Part shown: piece by piece, positions 38,700 to 51,655 of the stretch
How positions within the stretch are numbered: the first letter of the stretch is position 1
Layout of the letters: the number at the start of each line of letters is the position of its first letter
Origin: Chiloscyllium plagiosum
Lineage: Eukaryota
Assembly: GCF_004010195.1 (NCBI RefSeq)
Contig: NC_057718.1
Coordinates: 19,343,905-19,407,904 of the forward strand
Direction of reading: 5' to 3'
DNA length: 64,000 bases
Translations under genes and position numbers: made by a program
Notes under the pieces: model-generated
Seen by the model: only the letters and a program-made list of their open reading frames with translations
What the model was told of the DNA's origin: nothing
The model's database searches: none

Positions 38700-39228
38700 T
38701 GTTATGTCTGACTGGTTCAGAAAAATAAATTACCAACGGTCAGATTTTCCAATGGTGGCAGCAATGAGTGTCTACAAGTGGGGATCTGAAAGCTGTTTTG
38801 TCTTATGCACATGCTCAGAGTATACCTGGGAAATTTAAATACCTGAGGGACAGAATTCCATCCAGGTCCCTCTGAGAATATCTACCGGAGCCTGGATGGT
38901 CAGCGGCTGTATTTTTGTGAGAAAGAAACAAACTGCCATGACAATTTGTTACTGCAGTCTTCACAGGGAATGCATTCAGAGAGACATCTGCTCACAAAAC
39001 TCTCAGCCACGCACTCGTTGAACCTCCCACTATCACATCTGCTGGATGGCTGTGAGCTTCATTACACATGGGCATCTTGTTGCCCAGGTTCAATTGGCAC
39101 CCTATCTCGAGAATGGATTGGACTGATCTTCATGCCTAATTCTGTGTAGCTAATGCAGTTAGAGAATTGAAATATTCATAGCTAACAGCCTGTAATTACA
39201 ATTGTCATATGAATGTTGAGTAACCTAC

Positions 39229-39251
39229 CTGTTCAGGTGTGCTGGTGGCCA
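39229..39251 (-). CDS. LTBP1: LTBP1-like 23-nt hinge microexon (VATSTPEQ), phase 1-0
   Basis: ctcttttcattccag|TGGCCACCAGCACACCTGAACAG|gtaggt. It bridges the phase-1 upstream exon to the phase-0 downstream exon and matches recalled human VATAPPEK. Confidence 0.85.
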
Positions 39252-40730
39252 CTGGAATGAAAAGAGTTATAAGAAGAGATTAATTCAAGAATATCGTATA
39301 AATATCTAACATTAACACGTGCATAAAGGCAGTGTTTCTGTTCAAATTCTAGAAAATAAAGTGGTTTATTTGCAATTAATGATTTTGGAGAACTTTAGAC
39401 TAATAAAAGATTTAGAAAAGCAAACAGTTGAGTTCATCCAGATTGTGTTGAACCAACATAATATACACCTTCCCGCTAGAGAGGGCACCAGACAGGGCAA
39501 GATAGCAAAACTGCCAGTCATGTCAGATGATACACTCCCTCCCAACTTTAAAAAATACAACTTACACATCAAAACATAAAATGGTATGTGACTAAAACAA
39601 AACACTGCTTAAAATTTAACTAGTTACGTTCCATATTTAACTGGTTATGCTCTATATTTAACTAGTTTATGTTTCATATTTGTTTTTACTGTCATCATAA
39701 TCTAATAATTACAGAGCAAGCAATATATTTTAAAAAGAGGTATTTTTCCTTAACTGCGGAACACGTCTCACCAAAGTAGAATTTTTAATAAGAAATAGTG
39801 AAGAGAACAACCTACCTGGCTTCTTTTTATTTCTGTCTAGGGATGAGTCTAACCCTGTTTTCTCAACATCTCAGCTTTGACATGAACTCCCAATTCTACT
39901 CAATAGTCAGGACTCTGACACTGATATGTCTTACTCGCTGTGCTACTCTGGTGAATTCTGTAACACCCAGCAAACTGTCAATTCCGTTTTGAGTTTTGCT
40001 TTGGGCCAGTAGGAGGAATTTGGATTACCGGAGGTCTACTTTGCTCTCCACTTCTTCTGTCATACAAATGACCAGCATGACACCGATAGAGTGTCTCCGT
40101 ATGCATCTAGTCTCTTTACAATGCAAGATGATTCCAAGATTTCAATAATTTCAGCACATTCAGCAATGCTGTGGCCTCACAGGTAATACTAGTTTGACAC
40201 AACATCAAAAATTCTAGCTCCATCATGGTGAGGAAAATATTCACCTTATTGTCCTCTCCTACTTTATTTGTTTTTAACCAAATATGTAACCATTATTCAC
40301 AACTGTATCTGTTTGAGTTAACTACTCTAATGTTCCCAAATATACCTTTCTTTATTTGACAGGTTTTGAATTATGTCTTTTATTTTGATTGTTCCACTCC
40401 TAGTTATTAGATCCTCGAACACTACTTCAGAGTTTTACTTCTGACTTTTAAGATTTGAATTTATGAATCCCTGTGTCTGCTTTTTAAACTTTCACCATTT
40501 TGTATGATTTCATCCTTTGTTATCCACAATTGTCTCCATTGTTTCAAAGAAGGTCATGGGACTTGTCCTCAGTATTCTGCTCATCGTTTATCTCTCATTC
40601 ACACTACACAGAAACAGGTAACTTGGTCATTATCACATTGTTAACTGTATTTCATAAAGGTTTGGTAGAAACCAGGTTAATTTATGATGCCAACACAGAA
40701 ACAGAAGACTGATACTCCCATACAAACAAG

Positions 40731-41054
40731 GGGCGGCACGGTGGCACAGTGGTTAGCACTGCTGCCTCACACTGCCAGAGACCCAGGTTCAATTCCTGCC
40801 TCAGGCAACTATCTGTGTGGAGTTTGCATATTCTCCGCGTGTCTGCGTGGGTTTCCTCTGGGTGTTCCGGTTTCCTCCCACAGTCCAAAAACATGCAGGT
40901 TAGGAGAATTGGCCATGCTAAATTGCCCATAGTGTTAGGTGAAGGGTTAAATGTAGGGGAATGGGTCTGGGAGGGTTGCTCTTCGGCGGGTCGGTGTGGA
41001 CTTGTTGGGCCGAAGGGCCTGTTTCCACACTGTAAATAATCTAATCTAATCTAA
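40731..41054 (+). mobile_element. HE1-like V-SINE, full length
   Basis: GGGCGGCACGGTGGCACAGTGGTTAGCACT head and (AATCT)n tail. Confidence 0.93.
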
Positions 41055-41570
41055 ATGTAGGCCACTCAGCCCTTTGAGACTGCCCCACCATTCCATAAGA
41101 GCATGGCTGATCTGATTGTAACCTCAACTCTACAATCATATATATAATCTACAATCTTTCATCCCCTTGGTAATCAAGAATCTATCTCACTCTCCCTTAA
41201 AAATATTTAAAGATTTTGTATTCATTGCCTTTTGAGGAAGATTCACAACCCTCGGAAAATAATGTTTCCTCATTTCCGTTTTAAACTGGAACAGCTTTAC
41301 GTTTTAAATGATGATCCCCTTATTCTAGATTCTCTCACAGGAGGAGCCAAATTTTTAACAAGCACCCGGTCAAGTCCCTTCAGGATTTTACAAGCTTCAG
41401 TAAAATCATATCTGAGTCTTCTAAACTCCAGAGGATATGGGCTTAGCCTGTCTAGCCTTTCCTCACAAAGCAATCTGCTTATTCCAGGGATTAGTTTCGC
41501 AAAGTCTTCTCTGAACTGCTTCCAACACATTAACATCCTTATGCAAGTATGGTGACCAGTATTGTACACA
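41055..41570 (-). mobile_element. CR1 LINE 3' fragment
   Basis: LIPGISRLLCEERLDRLSPYPLEFRRLRYDFTEACKILKGLDRV. Confidence 0.85.
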
Positions 41571-42351
41571 ATGTTTACCCTCGGCTTAGATGACTATCAA
41601 AATGCCTTCGTTCTTAAAAAGGCTTCCATTTTTTCCATCCTTTCCCCAAATACCCCCATCAAAGTGTTATATTTCATTCACTGGGTCACTGTGCATTTAT
41701 CATGTGGCCCTTTCAAATGTTCATATTTGCAATGCTCACAGCATTTGTGCAGGTCTCAAATATTCTACAACCTCAATGTGACGATGAGCAGGAGAGTTTC
41801 CCAGATAATCTCCCTCACATTTACCTCTCAAACAACATCACCAGAAAGCAGACCATTTGATCATTTCAACAATATCTTTGCGAGGGCTTATAGTACACAA
41901 ATTGACTGCAATACTTCCTATGTTATTACAACCATGACTTGACTTCAAACAAACAGTTCACTGTCTGAGAGGAGAACCGAGAAATCATGAGGTTGTAAAG
42001 GATACGATACAAATGCAAGTCTGCCTTTGACAATATTCACTATGCAAATAAATTTGTCAGATATGCCTTACCATTTCACCAACTTGTGCCAACAGAGTGG
42101 CTCCAATAACTAGTCAGGCTGTTACCATCACCACTTAGTGATGCCAGGGAGCAGAGGAGAAAGCACAAGCAGTAGATTGGGAAGCAATAAATTTAAAGAC
42201 ACCTTAATCAAAAATGCTGCTGCTAACTGTTGCAGAATCTCATATGTCCGGACCAGAGGTATGCATACGACTGATGATAAAAAGGTAACTTGTGCCATTT
42301 ATCTTTTACTCTTCATAAGTAACGACTTAATGGGAAGATGCACCGACTGAT

Positions 42352-43385
42352 CTCTGACGAGAGAGTCCCCTATCACAATCAACCACTTGAAATCTGGCAT
42401 ACCCCTCGTTACACTGGAGCTATTCTCAGTACCAGAAATCTGGCAGTCAGTGCTACATTGCCCTGAGAGTCCATCACTGCCTACATTTTCCAAAACAGCA
42501 TACTTGTTTGAGATGGGGAGAACCACAGGAGACTCCTGCACTATCTGCCTCCCTCTCCTACCTTTCCTGGAGGTAACCCATCTACCTGACTGTATCTTTG
42601 GTTCATCTCCCTTCCTGCAAATGCCATCCATCAAACGCCAGCTCCTGTAAATTCCTCATTGCCTCGAACTGCCACTCCAACTAATCCATGCAATCCGATG
42701 GGATTTGTAACCAAACACACTTCCTGCAGATATAATCATCAGTGGCATGGAAACTCTCCCTAATCTCCCACATCCAACAGGAAGAACACATCATGTTACC
42801 TACTAAAGGCCATCTTTGCAGCTTAACAATCTACACACCCAGAAAATAGCATTCTGAGTGCTCCAAAACACTGTTCCAGGCTAACTTAGCAGCTATGTTT
42901 TATATATTTAAAGTTTAATCAAGAGACAGAGCTCAATAAAAATATATAATCAAAAAGAACACACTATACTCACTATTGTAGATTCACAAAAAGAACTAGC
43001 CACTTAGCTGCTCCCCTGCTATGACCTTCTCTCACATGTTTCTCCAAGGTCAGATGTGAATTTCGCTCTTTGTTTATTTTCTTAGACAAACTCTGATGTC
43101 AGGAGGTACTTGAAATCAAACAGTAAAGGCAGTAGCTGTGAAGGTTCATTGCTGTGTCAGATAGCAGTGTAGGTTTCATTCACTTCCCATCATGTGGTCA
43201 CTGTCTTTGCCTCCCTTCCTCTTATTTTAAAGTGTCATTGTTTTGATCATTTTTTTCCCCCAAGTGTTCCAAAATAGTGCATCAGTTTATAAAACAGTAG
43301 TTACCACTCCTAAAATTCGAGAAAATTAGTTCCAACACTGAAAATACCTCAAAAAAAGGAGCAGCACGTACAGCCACACCTTTTT
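42352..43385 (-). mobile_element. CR1 LINE 5' UTR and ORF1 N-terminal half, inverted relative to the adjacent body
   Basis: Minus strand reads CSSCWMWE...YICRKC (zinc finger) and VQESPVVLPISNKYAVLE...IVIGDSLVR (SGNH esterase block I). Confidence 0.8.
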
Positions 43386-43414
43386 ACCATCCTCCATCTT
43401 GGATTACCCAGAAT

Positions 43415-46400
43415 CCCCTACACATGTTGTACACATTGGAACTGACAACAGGAAGAGATAAGGACGAGATTCTGAGGAGACAATATAGGAAGTTATGCAG
43501 GAATTTTAAAAGGAGGTCCTCATGGATGGTAATATCTGGATTACTCTTGATACAAGCGAGTGAAGGTGCAAATGGAAACACAGAGCAGATGAATGCATGG
43601 TGAGGAGCTGGCACAGGAGAGAAGTATTCACATTTTTGGATCATTGGAATCTCTTCTGGGATAAAAGTGACCTGTACAAAAAGGACGGATTGCACCTGAG
43701 TTAGAAGGATCTAATATACTGGCGGGGAAATTTGCTGGAGCTGCTTGGGAGGATTTAAACTAGTAAGGTGGGGGAGTGAGACTCAGGGGGATGGTGAGGC
43801 AAGAGATCGGTCTGAGCCTGGTATAGTTGGAAAAATGAGTAAGTCAAATAGTCAGGGTAGGCAGGAACAAAGCAGAGAATGATAAATTAAACTATATTTA
43901 TTTCAATGCAGAGGCCTAATAGGTATGGTAGATGAACTGAGGGCATGATTGGGAACATGGGACTGGGATATCAATAGCAATTACAGAAACATAGCTCAGG
44001 GATGGACAGGACTGGCAGCTTAATGTTCCAGGATACAGATACTATAGGAAGGATAAAAAGGGGAGCAAGACCGGAGGGGGAGTGATGTTGTTGATTAAGG
44101 ATAACATTACTGTTATACTTAGGATGAATATTCCTGGAATACATCCAGGGAAGTTATTTGGGTGGAACTAAGAAATAAGAAAAGGCTGGTCACCTTGTTG
44201 GGAATGTACTATAGACCTCAAATAGTCAGTGGGAATTTGAGAAATACATTTGTAAGATCTCAGAAATGTCAGAATAATAGGGTGGTTATGGTAGGGGATT
44301 TTAACCTTCCAAACATAGACTGGGACTGCCATAGTGTTAAAGGTTTAGATGGAGAGGAATTTGTTAAGTGTGTACAAGACAATTTTCTGATTCAGTATGT
44401 GAATGTACCTACTAGAGAAGGTGCAAAACTTGACCTACTCTTGGGAAATAAGGCAGGGCAGATGACTGAGGTGTCAGTGGGGGAGCACTTTGGGGCCAGC
44501 GACCATAATTCTTTTAGTTTTAAAATAATGATGGAAAAGGATAGACCGGATCTAAAAGTTAAAGCTCTAACTTAGAGGAAGGCCAATTTTGATGGTATTA
44601 GGCAAGAACTTTCAAAAGCTGACTGGGGACAGTTTTTCGCAGGTAAAGGGATGGCTGGAAAATGGGAAGCCTTCAAAAATGAGATAGCGAGGGTCTAAAG
44701 ACAGTATGTTCCTCTTGGGTTGAAGGCCAAGGCTGGTAGGTATAGGGAATGCTAGATGACTAAAGATATTGAGGGGTTGGTTTAGAAAAAGAAGGAAGCA
44801 TATGTCAGATAGATGGAGTGAATCCTTAGAAGATTATAAAGGCAGTTGGAGTATACTTAAGAGGGAAATCAGGAGGGCAAAAAGGGGACATGAAATAGAT
44901 TTGGCAAATAGGGTAAAGGAGAATCTAAAGGATTTTTACAAATACATTAAGGACAAAAGAGTAATTAGGATGAGAATAGGGCCCCTCAAAGATCAGCAAG
45001 GTAGCTCATGTGTGGAGCCGCAGGAGATGGGGGAGATAGTAAACGAGTATTTTGCATCAGTGTTTTCTGTGGAGGAGGTCATGGAAAATATAGAACGTCG
45101 GAAATAAATAGTGATAGCTTGAAAAATGTCAATATTACAGAGGAGGAAGCGTTGGACATCTCAAAATGCATAAAAGTGGATAAATTCTCAGAACCTGATC
45201 AGGTGTACCCTAGAACTCTGTGGGAAGCTAGGGAAGTGATTGCTGAGCCTCTTGCTGAGATATTTGTATCATCGATAGTCACAGGTGAGGTGCCGGAAGA
45301 CTGGAGGTTGGCTAACGTGGTGCCACGGTTTAAGAAGGGTGGTAAGGACAAGCCAGGGAACTATAGGCCAGTGAGCCTGACGTCGATGGTGGGCAAGTTG
45401 TTGGAGGGAATCCTGAGGGACAGGATGTACATGTATTTGGAAAGGCAAGGACTGTTTAGGGATAGTCAGCATGGCTTTGTGCATGGGAAATCATGTCTCA
45501 CAAACTTGATTGAGTTTTTGAAGAAGTAACGAAGTGGATTGATAAGGACAGAGTGATCTATATGGAGTTCAGTAAGGCGTTTGACAAGGTTCCTTATGGA
45601 AGGCTGGTTAGCAAGGATAGATCACACGGAATATAAGTAGAACTAGCCATTTGGATACAGAACTGGCTCAAAGGTAGAAGACAGAGGGTGGTGGTGGAGG
45701 GTTGCATTTCAGACTGGAGGCCTGTGACCAGTGGAGTGCCACAAGGATCGGTGCTGGATCCGCTTCTTTTCCTCATTTATATAAATTATTTGGATGCGAA
45801 CAAAGGAAAATGGTTAGTAAGTTTGCAGATAACATTAAAATTGGAGGTATAGTGGTCAGCGAAGAGGGTTACCTCAGAGTATAATGGTATCTTGATCAGA
45901 TGGGCCAATGGGCTGAGGAGTGACAGATGGAGTTTAATTTGGATAAATGTGAGGTCCTGCATTTTGGAAAAGCAAATCATGGCAGGACAGATATACTTAC
46001 TGATAAGGTCCAAGGGAGCGTTGATGAACTAAGAGACCTTGGAGTGCAGGTTCATTATTCCTTGAAAGTGGACTCACAAGTAGATAGGATAGTGAAGAAA
46101 GTGTTTGTTATGCTTTCCCTTAATGGTCAGTGCATTAAGTATAAGGGTTGGGAGGTCATGTTGCGGCTGTACAGGGCATTGGTTAGGCCACTTTTGGAGT
46201 CATGCGTGCAATTCTGGTCTCCCTCCTATAGGAAAGATGCTGTGAAACTTGAAAGGGTTCAGAAAAGATTTTGGTCTGCATAGGCTGGGGCTACTTTCTC
46301 TGGAGCATCAGAGGCTGAGGGTGAGAGGTGACCTTATAGAGGTTTATAAAATCATGAGGGGCATGGATAGAGTAAATAGACAAGGTTTTTTTCCCTGGAT

Positions 46401-46690
46401 TGGGGGAAAAACTAGAGGGCATAAATTTAGGGGGAGAGGGGAAAGATTTAAGGCACCTAAGGGGCAACTTTTCATGCAAAGGGTGGTGCATGTATGGAAT
46501 GAGCTACCAGAAGAAGTGGTGGAGGCTGGTAAAATTACATAATTTAAAAGGCGTCTGGATGGGTTTATTAATAGTGAGGGTTAAGAAGTATATGAGCAAA
46601 ATGCTGGCAAATGGTTAGGACATCTGGTCAGCATAGATGAGTTAGACTGAAGGGTCTGTTTCCATGCTGTACGTCTCTATGACTCTATGA
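43415..46690 (+). mobile_element. CR1 LINE body: ORF1 esterase C-terminal half, complete but disabled ORF2 (APE and RT) and 3' tail
   Basis: [68 protein letters not shown]; tail ctatgactctatga; many stops. Confidence 0.95.
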
Positions 46691-49197
46691 TCTGCTTCTG
46701 GGCAGAATATCACATTCTCTCGCAAGATTCCTTCATGGTCTAAGATCAGAGGTGGAGAAATATTACTGGGGCAAAATACAGGAAGACAGTTGTGAATATC
46801 TAACTATTCACAGCATTGGCGAGGAAAAAGGGATAGAACCAAATTGGGGACAAAATAAATACAAGGCAGTTTGGTTTTGCTTTCATTGAAAAGGAATGGC
46901 AAATGCACCCAGATATTCCCCCCAAAACGTTTGCATTTTGTGAAATATTGCTGCTGTGTTAATAATTTGTACACCAGTCCCATCTAGAATTCTGTTCCCA
47001 ACAGACATTTGCTGGATCAACCAAAATATTAAAATAGTGGACCCTGTTGGAATTCTTATCTTCAATTAATATTTGATTGGAGGCTTTTGGTGCAGCCTGC
47101 CCGTTTGTCAGATTTTGCAACGTTTGTTAAAAGAAATTGTGTCAAAATGGCAACGGCATTTTCCAAATTGGACAACAAACACAAGGGCAAATGTCATGCG
47201 GCATCCATGTTTACAGTAGATTGAGAGAAATGTAGGGACATGAGAGGCCACACACCCCTTTACAGCACAAACCTGTTTTGGGTTTCTTTCAAATAGTTAA
47301 TACTTCCAGTAAATCTGAGCTACTGTGTGTTTGGCAAAAGGGACCCAGATCTCTTTGCCATGAAATGACATGCATGTAACTGAGGCCACCTAAAACATCC
47401 AGCTTTCATCATTTCATACATTGCTGGTTTCGTGGTAAAGATAAACCATCAAATTTTAATGATCATCATCAACCTGTTATACGTGAGATATTTTACGGAC
47501 GGAAATGTTCCTTAAAAAAGTACTGAATAAAATGGCTGCCGTGATCACCTGACTATAGACTGAGGCAGGTTCAGGAGAACAAAATGGAATAAATGAAAAT
47601 TACTGTTTTATCTAAAGTCATTGAAACCAGGCAACTGAGTCGGGTTTCAAGAAGCTCAGATTGTATCTCCTATTTTAATTCAACCTGATATGGTAATATA
47701 ATATATTGAAAATGAAGAGTTTTGCTGGCAAGTTGTACAATTTGGAAAGCTAATGAAACTAAACTCAGATGTACAAACAGAACTATATTTCAACAGCAGT
47801 TCTTAAGCGGCACAGCAGAGAGAAATAACATGGATTATCTACAGGAATAACTGAAAACCTCTCTCCCTCAGTTAGTCCTTAGCATCTCAGAAGACAATAC
47901 TCGATGGAAAAGCAAAGTGGTAATCATTCAAAAGGTACCTATCAAACGTCATCACTGTTGAGGATACAAGTCAACCATTAAACGGCGGTGGTCTCAGGTT
48001 TAAATTCTAACAGCTCAGGGACTCTTAAAGACTTTTAGACCGTGTTGCTTTTATTCTTTCTGCCTATACCAGATGTTCTCCCATTTAAACTTATTACCTG
48101 TGTTTGTGGTATTTGATGTCACATTTTTAAACTTTTTTTCCTCAGGATTGGGGTTAGAAGGTAACAAAAGTTGTTCTTTCTTCCTTTCAAGGAAGCCTTG
48201 TAATTAGATCCTTCATTTTGATTGAGTTAACTATCTTTAAATGGCAGGTGAAACAAAAATATTTGTTGCAATTGACCAAGAGGGGATTAAAAAGGGAGCT
48301 GAATTATTCCTCCATACCTATCGTAACAACGTATACAGAATTTCTGATTTCACTTTTCTGAAAATACAGCAGCTTTCTGTAAAATACATTCCAGATTTAG
48401 AATGTTGCCCTTTTACAGTTTCAAAGCATTAAAGCTTCTGCATTCAGAACAGATGTTCATCTACCATTATATGGAATTAAATAGAGTAACTTCAGTGTGG
48501 TAGATGTCCTTGGACAGTTCCTTAAGAGTCAGTGGACATAAGGAAGGGTAATTGAGGAGAGGTAAGCAGACATGTGGCTAGAGGTAGACTTTAAGAAACC
48601 TTGCAAGTAGGCAGTGCAGATTCTAACCCCAGCAGTTCATCAGAGTGGGTCAGAGAGGGAAGGGTGGCCAAGTATAAAAGAGTCCAAAACAGAAGAATGA
48701 GAAGGCGAGATGTGATGTTATCTGGAAGAGATTCCAAAGTTAGGTCAGCCAACAATGGCAGACATTACAGAGAATGTGTCAACATGTTAATGAGGCAAAA
48801 GGATGTATGTTCACGCACAGAATGTTTCAATCAAAGCAGAGCTAAGACCTTTCTAGTGGACTACCCCAGGGAATATTTCCAGGAATGATTATATCTTTGA
48901 GCTCAATTTCATTGAAATGCCAAAGGTTTTATGTTTTAAAAAAATTGAAATTACCCTCTAGTGATAAAAATCTTGGCAATTATGAGTGTAATGTCACAGT
49001 AAGGCCTCATAAAAATTCCTCTGTCTGGAATTTCAATGTAAGCATTGGTATATTCAAAGTAGATGGTCTTTGTTGAAACAGTTGAGAGCAAAATTTGAAA
49101 CAAATGTGTTGAGTGTTCAGGCAATAATATTGCAAAGCATAGGCTCAGCGCTGCATTGCACCTGTAGTTATTCCACATGCTAATATTTAGAGTCTTT

Positions 49198-49500
49198 GGG
49201 GAGATGGTGGTGTTGCGGTAATGTCACTCAACTACAAATCCAGTGATCCTGGCTACTGCATATGGGGACAGAGGTTCAAATCCCAGCATTGCAACTGATG
49301 CAATTGAAATTCAATTAAGTGTGGACTAGATAGCCAATGGTACTATGATACAGTGGTAATGCCCCTACCTTTGAGTGAGGAGGCTTGGGTTCAAGTCCCA
49401 CCCAGTCCAAAGGTATGTCGTAACCTCTCAGAACAGGTTGATTGGGAAAACATCAACCAGAAAGCTACTGAAAAGTCCAGCTGGTTCAATTATGTCATTG
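49198..49500 (+). mobile_element. SINE fragments (second SINE family head plus another tRNA-like head)
   Basis: gaggttcaaatcccagcattgcaactg... and gggttcaagtcccacc B-box-like motifs. Confidence 0.5.
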
Positions 49501-50760
49501 AGTCATACAGCATAGAAACAGGCCCTTAGGCCCACTGTCTCAATGCTGTCCAACAAACACCATACTACAGTAAATCCCATTTACCTGCCCTTGGTCCATA
49601 GCCTGCTATGTCCTGGGATTTTAAGTACTTGTTCAGATGCCTTTTAAATGCTGCCAGAGTATCTGCCTCCAGCACCCTCTCAGGCAGCTCATTCCATAGT
49701 TCTAACACCCTCTGGATGAAATGCACTTTTCTCAGAACTTCTCTAAACCACTTACACCTCACCTTAAACCTATGCCCTCTGGTCTTAGATATGTCTGCCA
49801 CAGCGAAAAGATTCTCATGATCTAACCTGTCAATGCCACTCATAATTTTGTACACCCCAGTCAGATCCTCCCACAGCCTCCTCTACTCCAGCCTATTCAG
49901 TCTCTCCTTATAACTGAGACATTTCATCCCAGGCAACATCCTGGTGATTCTCCTCTGCACTCTCTCCAGTACAAACATGTGTGGTAACCTGAACTGGATA
50001 CGGAATTCTATTTGCTGCCTAACCAATGCTCCGTAAAAGTTATAACAAGGTTTCCTTGCTCCTATATTCTCTGCCCCAGCAAATGAAGGCTTACTCTCTT
50101 CAATATTAAAGTGGTGCTGGAAAAGCACAACAGGTCAGACAGCATCCGAGGAGCAGGAAAATCGATGTTTCGGGCAAAAGCCCTTCATCAGGAATTCGGA
50201 CAGCATCGGAGGAGCAAGAAAATTGACATTTCGGGCAAAAGCCCTTCTTCAGGAATGTCGATTTTCCTGCTCCTCAGATGCTGTCTGACCTGCTTTACTT
50301 TTCCAGCACCACTCTAATCTTGACTCTAATCTCCAGCATCTGCAGTACCCACTTCTGCCTTAATCTCTTCAATACCCTGTCTACCTGCGCTGACACCTTC
50401 AGAGATCTATGGGCTTGTACATCAATGTCCCTTTGGTACTCAATACTCATTAGGGACTAATCACTCATTGTGTAATTCCTTTTCTTATTAAACTTTCTGT
50501 AATACATCACCTTGCACTTATCAGGATTAAATTCCATCTTCCATCGCTCTGCCCAATTTACCAACTGATTAATATCAGGCTGCAGCCTCATGATCAACAT
50601 CAGCACTAATTTTCGTGTCATCTGCAAACTTACTGATTTTACCCTCTCTATTCACATCCAAGTCATTAACAGATCTAACAAACAGCAAAGGTCCCAGTTC
50701 CAATCCCTGTGGTACACCCCTGGTCACAGGTTTCCAATCACAAAAACAACCCTCCACCAA
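49500..50760 (-). mobile_element. CR1 LINE RT and 3' fragment, interrupted by a PLE hairpin
   Basis: GVPQGLELGPLLF...KFADDTK; LERVQRRITRMLPGM; YKIMSGIDRLD. Confidence 0.9.
50106..50358. mobile_element. PLE-terminus hairpin element, family A, with tandem core duplication and 16-bp TSD (1 mismatch)
   Basis: CTTACTCTCTTCAATA at 50090-50105 vs CTTAATCTCTTCAATA at 50359-50374. Confidence 0.88.
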
Positions 50761-50885
50761 AGGGGCAGGTTGAGAAAGCAGGTCCTTCATGGTAACTTCA
50801 GCCAGTGCAGGAACTGAACCCCCTGCTGTTGGCATCACTCTGCATTGCAGATCACCTGTCCAACCAGCTGAGCTAACCGACCCCA
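50761..50885 (-). mobile_element. tRNA-derived SINE head (third family; degenerate relative at about 35100-35190 on the plus strand)
   Basis: GGGGTCGGTTAGCTCAGCTGGTTGG...GGGTTCAGTTCCTGC A/B-box layout on the minus strand. Confidence 0.65.
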
Positions 50886-51420
50886 TTTATAATTGAAGTA
50901 ATTAACTCCAGAAATGTAAATGAACGTAGAAAATTACTAGAATCGTTTTGTGGTGATCCTGAAGGATGGGGTCCCAGCCAGGAATACACCTCCCAAATTT
51001 AAAACAGGCTGACTTTCGAGAATCTTTGTGGATGCTGTGCTGAGAGATTCCTGGCAAACATCCATCCAGAATAGCCTGGAACTGATTGGAAGGGCAAATA
51101 TTACTGGGCACTCAGTAGCTGGAGGGAATAGCAATTGTCTGTGGTATGACCAATGCCTAACACATTGCTGGCTGGCCTCCAAAGACAGAGGTTGGGGAAA
51201 GAATTAACCTGACAGCTCCCAGATGTTGTGTTTGGAATGTCACTGGAGCAAAGCTTGGAAACTGCAAAGAGGCCTCAGAGCTAATCCCGTGAATTGAGCG
51301 GCCAGCTACTGGGCACATGATCAGAGAAGGTATGGAATCTGCTTCTCAACACTCTCAAACAGTCTCGGATATGTCAGACAGACAGCAGAATCTCAGCACA
51401 AAGACATCCAGGATCCCCTT

Positions 51421-51655
51421 TGTAGTAGCTGTGACAAGGTCAGCCAGGTGGACCTCATCAAATATGAGTTCCCTGATCAGGGCTGTTAACCGGGTCCAAT
51501 CAGGGAGCCCTGGCTGACAGATATAAACAGGCATATCAAAGGTTCTGTTCACTCTGAGAGCTGGCTCTGAGGGAGCTGGATCAGTGTGAAGGACTCTCCA
51601 CCTGTAAATAAAAGGTGACTCAGTGATGGATACTGACCTCTGTAGAATTATTTCA
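51421..51655 (+). mobile_element. Solo LTR (about 235 bp), probably Gypsy-type
   Basis: TG...CA ends, CCAAT, TATAAA and AATAAA in order; flanks CCCTT / CTCTT (5-bp TSD with 1 mismatch). Confidence 0.7.

Noticed and set aside
39816..40107. Possible extra hinge exon (tag|ATGCA ... ccag|gtaggt on the minus strand)
   Set aside because: The frames I checked contain stops, and the flanking exons already join to match LTBP1 without it.
40731..40805. tRNA gene (also the heads of the other HE1 copies and 50761-50885)
   Set aside because: These are tRNA-derived SINE heads continuing into SINE core and tail, not stand-alone tRNAs.
43415..46690. Active LINE ORF2
   Set aside because: Numerous stops and frameshifts split it into short ORFs.
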